A DNA stretch of 64,000 bases, from positions 186,001 through 250,000 of the forward strand of contig NW_026928122.1 of assembly GCF_032062105.1 (NCBI RefSeq), written 5' to 3'. Of the stretch, positions 26,159-38,900 are shown in pieces (position 1 is the stretch's first letter; each line of letters opens with the position of its first letter). Source of the stretch: Saccostrea cucullata (lineage: Eukaryota). The position numbers and the translations under genes were made by a program. The notes under the pieces are model-generated. The model made no database searches. It was not told the origin of the DNA and saw only the letters and a list, made by a program, of their open reading frames with translations.

Positions 26159-28299
26159 AGAGGGTCCAAATTATTGATGCAGAATAAAGTTTTCTATGTG
26201 TATATATTTTACATATTGAAAATGTGGATCATAAACTTTGGTGATATCAATGTTTTCACACATGGTTCTCTACTCATGTGGCATAGTATTTCAGTCATAA
26301 TCATTATTTAAATTTTTACAAATTTGAATTATCTATAAGTGCTGTCTTTAAAGACAGCAATAGTATGTATTAAACATATTTAAAACACATACATATATAA
26401 GTGTATTTTTGAGGGAAGAATGAAGCAGAGACAAGAATGCTTCAGGACTATCTATAATCTAAGATGGCATGTATATGTATTGTGAAATGAATTTTTGAAT
26501 GAAAATTGTCACATCCTACTATGTAGGTATAACAAATAAATAATTATATTTTTAAGTGCAAAGAATGTGAATTAAGCAATTAAATTATTTAAAAACCAGC
26601 ATGTTTCATGCTTCTTTATTTTTTTGAAATGGCAAGTGGATATGTATGTAATTAATCTAAAGCCATAAAAAAAATTTCTTGGATCTCATCTCTTCCAAGG
26701 GTGCCCCATTGACCCTTTTTATAACTAAATCAATAAATTAAAAATAGCAAATCACCTCCATCATCATTATTTGAGGTTTTGTACAATGTAAAAAGCTGCC
26801 TCATCATGTTTTAGGGGCAGTAAACAAATGCCTCTCTCTCTCGTTATATTTCTTGAAAAAAGGCCTGAGAACCAAGGAGTTAAAAACATTGCATGGCCTA
26901 GGGCTTGTATAGGGGATTCATTTAGGAAACCGAAGAAGTGTGAGTAGTTCAGGCCCAGGGAACATGAAACATCTTAATCCTAAGTGAAATTCTTTATACT
27001 GAACTAAAAATGTTGTAGAAGTTGAGCAAATCAAAAGTTAAATATTTTTCTAAATTGCTTCACAAAACTGCTATCTGCAAAATAAGGGATTAATTCAATT
27101 ATTTTAAAATATTTTACAGGCAATAGATATTTTGACTTAAGCCTTAGGTTTGTTTCATGAACATTGGTCATAATGGTTGATAGTAGAATTCTTAGGTGCC
27201 AAATTATAACTAGTACTTTCACATGTAATGCTAGAACCAGAAGATTGAAGGCAAAAATAGTGATTTTATACCATTTTTTGAAGAAGAAGGTTGAACAAAA
27301 GACAAAACCTATGAAGATAAGATAATATTGAAGTACCTTCCTGCAATAAATATGGAGAATGAGTGTATATTTTTTTAAATTCTTCAGATCCTTACAAGTT
27401 TTGTCATTAAAGTAAATTATGGTTGTTTCAGATGACATACTGTTTTTATAAACACTTTTGTAGGTGTTGTTTTCCCCTCATTTTTACATTGAAAGTAGGA
27501 TAATATTTCAAATAAATCACATTGAATTTCTTCACTGACCTCCAACCCCACTTCCAGTATGACACTGGCATTCTTGCATAATTAATATAAACTCATTATT
27601 TATACTGTAAAACAATGTAATTTTCTCAATATCCAAATAAAATATTTTGCAATATTGAGTAAAATTGGAATTTTTCTCGTTATTTCCATGTTTTATTTTA
27701 AAAAAAAAAAAGTTTATAAAAGGATATTCCTTTTTGCACTACTATAATCATATGTACTGTCATAATTTAGAGTATTCACAAAGAAGGATCACTTCTAAAG
27801 GACCTGTTATGGCCCTGTGAATTTCTGGAAAAAAAAACAAAACTGATCAGTTATAGTTGAAAATTATGCACTTTTAAATATCTCTTGGGCTTTGAGTGAC
27901 TGCATATCTTCAAATTTAGAGAATACTGCAATTTTTATAAAGTAAGGTTTTCAATTCCTGGACTCGGAGGAATTTTTTTTTTATAGGGGAAGAAAGCACC
28001 TAGTGCTTTCTGGCCACTACAATGACAAATTATGAATAATGATTCCAGTAAAGATCCCAGTGAAATGTGGCTGAAGTGTTGCTGACATGTGTTAAGCGAT
28101 AAACAGTAGATAAATGAAGTAAAGATCACAGAAATTGTTGAAAATATTTCTATTTCCAACAAGCCAAAGTCCCTATATCACAGTTGACATGGTACAATAA
28201 TCGTCACTCCATTTTTTTAATAGAAAAAGTCAAGAAGTTCCCACTAAATGATTAATATCATTGGTATGTTGTTACTTTAATAAGTTTCATCTTAAACCA

Positions 28300-28785
28300 G
28301 GCCTCTTTCTTTACTCCTCACTAAGATAATAACGGTTGTGAAGAAGACTTCAAGAAGGAAACTTCAAGAGTAATGTGCAACAATATATTCAAGAAGTGGT
28401 GTAAATCAGATGTGGATACTTAAAAATTCCAAGGAACTTTTGGACAATTTAAAACACAAGATTTTACCAAAAAATCAACAGCTTAAAAACTTACGACTTT
28501 TCAACTTTATACACAACCATTCCCCACGATAAATTAAAGTCCAGGTTTTTTGATTTGAAAGCTGCTTTTTCAATAAAAAATGGAACTCGTAAATCTACTT
28601 ACCTTGTCATTGGTCATTTGCAAAGTTATTTTGTTTAAAAATCATCCTGATTGTACACAAAAGTAATTTGAAGTTGACATCAAAAAGATGCTTGAGTTTC
28701 TGATTGACATTGTCTATGTGGTTTTGGAGACCAGGTCTTCCAATAATCTACTGGAATTCCCATGGGTACCAACTGCGCCCTGTTA
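28300..28785 (+). mobile_element. Decayed Penelope-like retroelement reverse transcriptase fragment
   Basis: Frameshifted translation contains MWILKNSKELL, KTYDFSTLYTTIPHDKLK and GIPMGTNCAP, typical of Penelope RT motifs. Confidence 0.8.
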
Positions 28786-29896
28786 CAATGTAGAACTTAC
28801 GAAATGATGACTTTAAACGAGACTGCTGATATTTTTGTTTCATCAACTTGTTTGTCAATGATTTACTTCGTTTTGAAAATTGTTCATACGTAAAGCATGT
28901 TCTTGCGTATCGAATCAACTGAGATATATTAACTCCGTATGCAAGTTTTGAAGCTATATTGCTTGCTGCATAAGTAGGGGAAGTCGGCGATTGAAGAGTT
29001 TTAGAGCTTGGTTGTTAAATTACAATTAAAGTCTTTTTTCAAGTAAAATATCCAATTATGAAACAGATGTGTCATACTCTGTGGTATCTTTTATCTTAAG
29101 CTCACCGGGATATATCGACAATGGAAATTACCATTGTTTATTTACAATACGCCGTCGGTATATCTAAATGTCGATTTGAAGGCGACAGCAATTGTTTTCT
29201 TTTCGCACAAAAGATTTTGGACAAATTCTGCTTCATATGAATACAGAATATATATGCTAATACATGTATATCTGAAATATATCGATGAGACAATTGTGGT
29301 AAAGTTTGAAAAAATCTACAGGAAATTTAAAAAGAATTATAACTATCCAAATAAAAAAGTTTCAATCAACGAAAAAGGTATTCTTTTATATCCTTATGAA
29401 GGAAGTAAGCAAAATTTAAAATTATTTTTGAAAAAAGTCATTTTTGGTTTTAAAAAAAGAGAAGAACGAAATAAAACACCATTTGAAACATTTACATAGA
29501 AACCAAAAAAAATATTTCAATCCTTTCTACAAGTTTAGAGCTACAAAGTAAAATTGCAAACGCAAGTTGTATAACATTGCGACTTTTTATATAACAGCTT
29601 GTTGAATTTCATGTTGATATTCATCAGAAAAAGGATGTTGTACATTTATTCGCCTTATTGTACTCACACAGTGAGTGTTACCCTATCTGTAACAACTAAG
29701 CCTCCAGCTGTGTTGCCATTGTGCCATGGAGTGCGTTAAGAAGTTATTTGACTATTGTACCACAATGGAAGATGAAATTTGCCAGTACGTATGTTGATTA
29801 ACCCTTTGTCCAAAACAGAACGTGGAGAAAACTCGGGAGACGCCATCACCTGCGTGAATGTACGAAAAAAGGGGGGAAATGATCAATACGAATTCC

Positions 29897-29906
29897 TCTA
29901 TATAAG
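29897..29906 (+). promoter_or_regulatory. TATA box of the VWD/EGF gene
   Basis: CTATATAAG about 40 bp upstream of the ATG at 29939. Confidence 0.5.
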
Positions 29907-29938
29907 AAAAACAAGAATATAATTGTATCCCACCAGTT

Positions 29939-32900
29939 ATGGAAGGCAGGCGTTTCTTGCCCTATGTATTGGGTATTGTGGTCGTAGGTTTACTAGAATT
30001 CACCAGCAGTGCCCGTGAGTACTATTTATATAGGTACAAGGTGATCCTTAAGAATATTGGGAAAAGATCGAACCATTAAAGGCATTTTTGCGTCCCTACC
30101 TAAATTCGCCCATTTAGATTAATGTCAAATTAATCATGAATCATTCAACAAATATAGCTATTTTAAGCGTTTAAACCTTCAATTTCAAAACAACATTTTT
30201 GGCATTAAAAAAGTCTGAATCTGTCAGAACAAAAAACAAACTGAACCACAAGGGGAAAGAGATATACTGAAAATGTAATTTACTTCCACGTAAAACTTCA
30301 CAGACAAGTATTTTCTGTTTTTTTTTTCTATTCATATAATGTTTATTCCCCCTTTTTACATTGTTTACGAGATTCTCTGTGAAATTTAAGATAAAATAAA
30401 AGTTTCCTCCTATTAAGGATGAAATACCACTATGGAGATTAGCGTTTTTATCTAAAGAATAAGCTGGTCAATCATTTGCTTATTCATTTCTTATAGCTAA
30501 ACCTTTATTTTGAAATTTGGAAAGTGCGACAGTATGAAGATACATTATGTCTTTCTCAGGCAAATTACAAAAACGTATAAATGCTCTAGTGAAAATATTT
30601 ATCACTTTTTATATAGTTACAGATGTTTTGGGAAAAACCCCTAAAAGATTTCAGAAGATTTCATCTGTCTTTATTTTTAAAAATTAGACAATACTGCCTT
30701 TTACAGATGAGTGCAAAATTGAAGAAAAAACGCTCTCTTGTATGAGCAGGAGACTGCAGTCCAGTAGTGGTCAAGAAAAAGAGATTAGAAAGTTTTGCAG
30801 ACTGGATATCCCAAAAGAAATAAAAAATATAAAAATCAAACTTGTGAAGCAGGATAGCGTTTCTAAACCATGCATATATCAAAAGTCGTTCCGTCTAGTC
30901 AAGAAGAAGGGTATAAGACATTTGGAAGTTCGCAATGGATGTCGAGGAAAATTCAAGATCCGATATCGCAGGAAAAGTATGATATCTACATGTTCTTTCA
31001 CCCGTCCTCATTTATGAAGGCTAATTTTCTCAAATAGTTCAATATTAATTTCTTGACATTATTGGATTGAGCTCCATTTACTCAAAAGAATTTTGTAAAA
31101 TTCCTTGCAACATAGATTGCTCCAGAAAATGCGGCCCAAATGCTATTTGGAAGAAAAGACGAAGAAGCAGAAGCGGCAAATGTCAATGCAAGAGAGGATA
31201 TCGTGGAAATCCGAAGAAGGGAGGATGTATTGGTAAGGTGATTTTTCCAATTCATGAAAATTATCACACTCTCAAAACACTTTATGAAAAACACGAATAA
31301 AAGATATTACAAATATAAAATAAGCTAAAGGCTGATAAATTCAAAAAGGATACAAATGCACTTTTTTTCTGCCTGCAATTTAAAAAAAATTACTATATCT
31401 ATCAGAAACATATCGAAAACCTCTTCTGTGCAAAAAATTCTAAGTTTGTAGAAATAAGTTGACAATATTTTGGACAACTTGACAAAATAAAAAGATGGAT
31501 AACTATGGCAAAAATTCCCTTCTTTCTCCCCAAACCTTTTCAGCTTCTTGCACAGCCTCAGCTTTTGGAGACCTTCACTATTCAGTATTCAAATTAATAA
31601 TTAATACATTTGTGGAGAATTAAAATTACATTGTGTTGACAACTTGTAAATATATAGGATACCAATGACTATTTTTCAAACCCATCTTTCTGTCTTACTC
31701 TCTTTCAGCTTCTTGCGTATGCCGAGCTTCTGGAGACCCACACTATTCAACATATGATGGACAGAAAATCCACTTCATGGGCACTTGCAAGTACACGCTG
31801 ACAAGAACATTGGAAAAACAACCCTGCGCCTTTAACATCATGGTGTACAACGAGAGACGAAACAACAAGAAAACAGTGTCCTATACCAAACAAGTGGATG
31901 TGGAAATCGGCACAAACAGGGTTTCACTATTCAAAGGCAAGATATCCCAGGTAGGAACCTTCATGCACATCATTCCTCTTGTGTGCGGTGTCGCCATGGT
32001 TAAATACTACTATGTCTTGAAAAGAGTTTCATGCATGGGTACTTTTTGGTTTGAGAGATTTTCAGCTGAGGTCGAATGGAAGTTGATGGTATCTGTTGCA
32101 TTTGTAGGTGAATGGAAGAAATGTAAACATCAGAGAAATGCCCTTTGAAAAAGATGGCATTTTGTTGACGACTGTAGGGCGCCGTTTCGTCAAACTTCAA
32201 TCCCCGTCTTGCGGATTGACCGTGCTTTGGGATGGCAAGCATTCTGTGGAAGTGTCTGCCGACAAGGGTAAGTACGGCGGCAAAATGACTGGAATCTGTG
32301 GGGACTGCAATGGAAAGAGAGACGACTTCCGCTTGGCCAATGGAACAAATGTATCACAAATGCCAGCAAAGGAAAAGTACAGGGAAATCGGAGATAGTTA
32401 TCGCGTGACGGATGCAAAGAGTCCTATATCTGCGTGAGTACGACTTTCTTTATACTTTGTCCGACAGTCAAGTTTTGTTCCTTGTAGCGTTTGCACGTGC
32501 TATGATATATCGATGAAAACTGTAAGAATGGTTGATAATTTAGATGTGGTCCTACACCGGCATTTTCAAGTTGCAATCCGGAACAGACAAAGAGACTCAG
32601 TTCCAATGCAGTATGTGGATTGATGGAGAGTACATCCGACGAAAATCCATTCAAAGCATGCGTCAATTGGATGAAACAGACTAAAGATGCGGACGGAAAC
32701 AGTCCATTTTCTTCTTGTCTTATTGATGCTTGCAACAACGACGGAGCTACATTGAAGACAGTGACCTGCCCCGCCTTAGAGGAATTCGAAGAAGTATGTG
32801 TAGAGAGTGGTTATGCCCCACCAGAGGTTAATAACTGGCGAAACATCACTTCCTGTCGTGAGCATTTGTATTTCATACATATACTTCTCATTGCATTTAT

Positions 32901-35900
32901 CTCTATTCTATCAATTGCTTTGTAATAAGGGACTGACAGAACAATTAAGCATTATTTTTTGGGTTCATTTTAATAGCTCCAAAAATGATATCATGTACAT
33001 ACTTTTAAAGCATTGACAGAGGTTGAAAAATGCAGAGAAAATGAGGAGTACGTAGAAGATGGAAGTGGATGTCCCAACACTTGCCTGTCCCCAAAATCAG
33101 AAGAAAGCTGTTCTGATCCTGATGTTGCAGGGTGCCAGTGTAAGAAAGGTTTTGTGAGAGATGGAGATATCTGCATACCTGTCAGTCAATGTGGATGCAT
33201 TATACTGAAGAAACGCGTCCCTGTACGACATTTCACTATCCTTTTCTTAAGAGATAAAACATTTAAAAAACATTTAATTGGAGACCATAAAAAAAGTCTA
33301 TGTTCATTTTAACAAAAAATCTCTTCCCTCTTGGATATCGAAAGTATTTTTAAGAAATGATTCGAAAACGGTAAATTGAAAAGGTCAAAGATACATCAAA
33401 GATTTTTAATATTTAGAATAATCTGATTCTATCTGCAAATTTATAACATTAGACGCTCTCGATTTTGTAGGTAAACTCAAGCATACTTTCAATAGACTGC
33501 AAACAGAGAATTTCCTGCACTCTGAGGAGTGGTGTGCCCGAACTGAAAGAGGAACCAGCAAAGTGTAGTGCTGACGAAATATGTATGAATCTAAAAGGAA
33601 GAGGGGAATGTAGAAAAGGTAATCCATTTTGAACGATTTTTTTTTCAGTTAAGTCTAAGTTATTAATAATTTCATTATAGATGATTAAGAAAACGAGTGA
33701 TATATATAAGACCTTTTAATTAAAGACACAAAAGGTTCCAAAATCCCCAAAATTCAAGGATAATTAGAATGCCAAACAATAAGCAGAAAACCTGGTGAAT
33801 TACAATCGTATTATTGTAAATCTGAATTTTTCAGCCCCAGCCATCGCCGCTGAAGCACCCATTTCACCTCCTAAATCTAGCTCACCTGAAACTGCACGTA
33901 AGCCATTTTATTTTGTCAAAAAATTGATAGAGATCACTTTTACATGAAATGTTATGAACCCGCTTACGTTTAAATTAACTTGTTACCAGTAACCTTCTAA
34001 AATATATGAATGCATTCGATCAAATGACTGTTTGTAGGGATATCGGTGTGATTGGATTGGGTAGGGTAGGGATGAGGTTTGGGGGCGGGAAGAGAGGCTA
34101 CTTTAATACTTTAAAAACATCGAGTGAATAATAATACATATTTCGATGCAGGTAAATGTAAAGAAGAGAAAAAGAATGTGAGGTGTGCTAGCCGTAGATT
34201 ACAACTCAGTAGTGGTCGACAGAAGGAGATCAAAAAGCTTTGTAGACTGGGGAGCACCAGACAAATAGAAGACGTCAGAGTCCAACTAGTCAAGCAAGAT
34301 AAAGTGTCTAAACCTTGCATCAACAAGAAGTCGTTTCGCTTACTCAAGAGGAAAGGGAGATGGCATTTGGAGGTTCGCAATGGATGCCGAGGGAAATTCA
34401 AGATCCGATATCGCAAGAAAAGTAAGATTTATTTCTCATTCTCAGAGAAAGGGGTTTTCCTACATTAGTTCTCATCAAAAATGTACGCTGTTAAGCTGTT
34501 GATGAGATGCTTGATCTTTTTACGACGTAGATTGTTCCAGAAAATGCGGTCCCAATGCTGTTTGGAAGAAGACACGAAGAAGAAGAAGAGGCAAATGTCA
34601 ATGCAAGAGAGGTTATCGTGGAAATCCGAAGAAGGGAGGATGTACCGGTAGGTGATTTGCGGATCTTAAAACTTACAGCATGATGGAAACAGTGTATGAA
34701 AAAGATATGATCAAAACAAGAACGCAGATGAAACTGACAAAGGAAATATTTCACGTGGAGATAAAAATTGACTTGGTGTTGACAACTTGTCAAGATTAAA
34801 TAATGTATCTAGAATACCGATGACTATGTTCCAAACCCATCTCTCTGTCTTACTCTCCTTCAGCTTCTTGCGTATGCCGAGCTTCTGGAGACCCACACTA
34901 TTCAACATATGATGGACAGAAAATCCACTTCATGGGCACTTGCAAGTACACGCTGACAAGAACATTGGAAAAACAACCCTGCGCCTTTAACATCATGGTG
35001 TACAACGAGAGACGAAACAACAAGAAAACAGTGTCCTATACCAAACAAGTGGATGTGGAAATCGGCACAAACAGGGTTTCACTATTCAAAGGCAAGATAT
35101 CCCAGGTAGGAACCTTCATGCACATCATTCCTCTTGTGTGCGGTGTCGCCATGGTTAAATACTACTATGTCTTGAAAAGAGTTTCATGCATGGGTACTTT
35201 TTGGTTTGAGAGATTTTCAGCTGAGGTCGAATGGAAGTTGATGGTATCTGTTGCATTTGTAGGTGAATGAAAGAAATGTAAACATCAGAGAAATGCCCTT
35301 TGAAAAAGATGGCATTTTGTTGACGACTGTAGGGCGCCGTTTCGTCAAACTTCAATCCCCGTCTTGCGGATTGACCGTGCTTTGGGATGGCAAGCATTCT
35401 GTGGAAGTGTCTGCCGACAAGGGTAAGTACGGCGGCAAAATGACTGGAATCTGTGGGGACTGCAATGGAAAGAGAGACGACTTCCGCTTGGCCAATGGAA
35501 CAAATGTATCACAAATGCCAGCAAAGGAAAAGTACAGGGAAATCGGAGATAGTTATCGCGTGACGGATGCAAAGAGTCCTATATCTGCGTGAGTACGACT
35601 TTCTTTATACTTTGTCCGACAGTCAAGTTTTGTTCCTTGTAGCGTTTGCACGTGCTATGATATATCGATGAAAACTGTAAGAATGGTTGATAATTTAGAT
35701 GTGGTCCTACACCGGCATTTTCAAGTTGCAATCCGGAACAGACAAAGAGACTCAGTTCCAATGCAGTATGTGGATTGATGGAGAGTACATCCGACGAAAA
35801 TCCATTCAAAGCATGCGTCAATTGGATGAAACAGACTAAAGATGCGGACGGAAACAGTCCATTTTCTTCTTGTCTTATTGATGCTTGCAACAACGACGGA

Positions 35901-38900
35901 GCTACATTGAAGACAGTGACCTGCCCCGCCTTAGAGGAATTCGAAGAAGTATGTGTAGAGAGTGGTTATGCCCCACCAGAGGTTAATAACTGGCGAAACA
36001 TCACTTCCTGTCGTGAGCATTTGTATTTCATACATATACTTCTCATTGCATTTATCTCTATTCTATCAATTGCTTTGTAATAAGGGACTGACAGAACAAT
36101 TAAGCATTATTTTTTGGGTTCATTTTAATAGCTCCAAAAATGATATCATGTACATACTTTTAAAGCATTGACAGAGGTTGAAAAATGCAGAGAAAATGAG
36201 GAGTACGTAGAAGATGGAAGTGGATGTCCCAACACTTGCCTGTCCCCAAAATCAGAAGAAAGCTGTTCTGATCCTGATGTTGCAGGGTGCCAGTGTAAGA
36301 AAGGTTTTGTGAGAGATGGAGATATCTGCATACCTGTCAGTCAATGTGGATGCATTATACTGAAGAAACGCGTCCCTGTACGACATTTCACTATCCTTTT
36401 CTTAAGAGATAAAACATTTAAAAAACATTTAATTGGAGACCATAAAAAAGTCTATGTTCATTTTAACAAAAAATCTCTTCCCTCTTGGATATCGAAAGTA
36501 TTTTTGAGAAATGATTCGAAAACGGTAAATTGAAAAGGTCAAAGATACATCAAAGATTTTTAATATTTAGAATAATCTGATTCTATCTGCAAATTTATAA
36601 CATTAGACGCTCTCGATTTTGTAGGTAAACTCAAGCATACTTTCAATAGACTGCAAACAGAGAATTTCCTGCACTCTGAGGAGTGGTGTGCCCGAACTGA
36701 AAGAGGAACCAGCAAAGTGTAGTGCTGACGAAATATGTATGAATCTAAAAGGAAGAGGGGAATGTAGAAAAGGTAATCCATTTTGAACGATTTTTTTTTC
36801 AGTTAAGTCTAAGTTATTAATAATTTCATTATAGATGATTAAGAAAACGAGTGATATATATAAGACCTTTTAACTAAAGACACAAAAGGTTCCAAAATCC
36901 CCAAAATTCAAAGATAATTAGAATGCCAAACAATAAGCAGAAAACCTGGTGAATTACAATCGTATTATTGTAAATCTGAATTTTTCAGCCCCAGCCATCG
37001 CCGCTGAAGCACCCATTTCACCTCCTAAATCTAGCTCACCTGAAACTGCACGTAAGCCATTTTATTTTGTCAAAAAATTGATAGAGATCACTTTTACATG
37101 AAATGTTATGAACCCGCTTACGTTTAAATTAACTTGTTACCAGTAACCTTCTAAAATATATGAATGCATTCGATCAAATGACTGTTTGTAGGGATATCGG
37201 TGTGATTGGATTGGGTAGGGTAGGGATGAGGTTTGGGGGGCGGGAAGAGAGGCTACTTTAATACTTTAAAAACATCGAGTGAATAATAATACATATTTCG
37301 ATGCAGGTAAATGTAAAGAAGAGAAAAAGAATGTGAGGTGTGCTAGCCGTAGATTACAACTCAGTAGTGGTCGACAGAAGGAGATCAAAAAGCTTTGTAG
37401 ACTGGGGAGCACCAGACAAATAGAAGACGTCAGAGTCCAACTAGTCAAGCAAGATAAAGTGTCTAAACCTTGCATCAACAAGAAGTCGTTTCGCTTACTC
37501 AAGAGGAAAGGGAGATGGCATTTGGAGGTTCGCAATGGATGCCGAGGGAAATTCAAGATCCGATATCGCAAGAAAAGTAAGATTTATTTCTCATTCTCAG
37601 AGAAAGGGGTTTTCCTACATTAGTTCTCATCAAAAATGTACGCTGTTAAGCTGTTGATGAGATGCTTGATCTTTTTACGACGTAGATTGTTCCAGAAAAT
37701 GCGGTCCCAATGCTGTTTGGAAGAAGACACGAAGAAGAAGAAGAGGCAAATGTCAATGCAAGAGAGGTTATCGTGGAAATCCGAAGAAGGGAGGATGTAC
37801 CGGTAGGTGATTTGCGGATCTTAAAACTTACAGCATGATGGAAACAGTGTATGAAAAAGATATGATCAAAACAAGAACGCAGATGAAACTGACAAAGGAA
37901 ATATTTCACGTGGAGATAAAAATTGACTTGGTGTTGACAACTTGTCAAGATTAAATAATGTATCTAGAATACCGATGACTATGTTCCAAACCCATCTCTC
38001 TGTCTTACTCTCCTTCAGCTTCTTGCGTATGCCGAGCTTCTGGAGACCCACACTATTCAACATATGATGGACAGAAAATCCACTTCATGGGCACTTGCAA
38101 GTACACGCTGACAAGAACATTGGAAAAACAACCCTGCGCCTTTAACATCATGGTGTACAACGAGAGACGAAACAACAAGAAAACAGTGTCCTATACCAAA
38201 CAAGTGGATGTGGAAATCGGCACAAACAGGGTTTCACTATTCAAAGGCAAGATATCCCAGGTAGGAACCTTCATGCACATCATTCCTCTTGTGTGCGGTG
38301 TCGCCATGGTTAAATACTACTATGTCTTGAAAAGAGTTTCATGCATGGGTACTTTTTGGTTTGAGAGATTTTCAGCTGAGGTCGAATGGAAGTTGATGGT
38401 ATCTGTTGCATTTGTAGGTGAATGAAAGAAATGTAAACATCAGAGAAATGCCCTTTGAAAAAGATGGCATTTTGTTGACGACTGTAGGGCGCCGTTTCGT
38501 CAAACTTCAATCCCCGTCTTGCGGATTGACCGTGCTTTGGGATGGCAAGCATTCTGTGGAAGTGTCTGCCGACAAGGGTAAGTACGGCGGCAAAATGACT
38601 GGAATCTGTGGGGACTGCAATGGAAAGAGAGACGACTTCCGCTTGGCCAATGGAACAAATGTATCACAAATGCCAGCAAAGGAAAAGTACAGGGAAATCG
38701 GAGATAGTTATCGCGTGACGGATGCAAAGAGTCCTATATCTGCGTGAGTACGACTTTCTTTATACTTTGTCCGACAGTCAAGTTTTGTTCCTTGTAGCGT
38801 TTGCACGTGCTATGATATATCGATGAAAACTGTAAGAATGGTTGATAATTTAGATGTGGTCCTACACCGGCATTTTCAAGTTGCAATCCGGAACAGACAA

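Noticed and set aside
27031-27438. 135-aa minus-strand ORF
   Set aside because: Low-complexity AT-rich translation (I/K/F/L), no motif or exon support.
29134-29499. 121-aa plus-strand ORF
   Set aside because: Lys-rich product of A-rich sequence, non-ATG start, no homology recognised.
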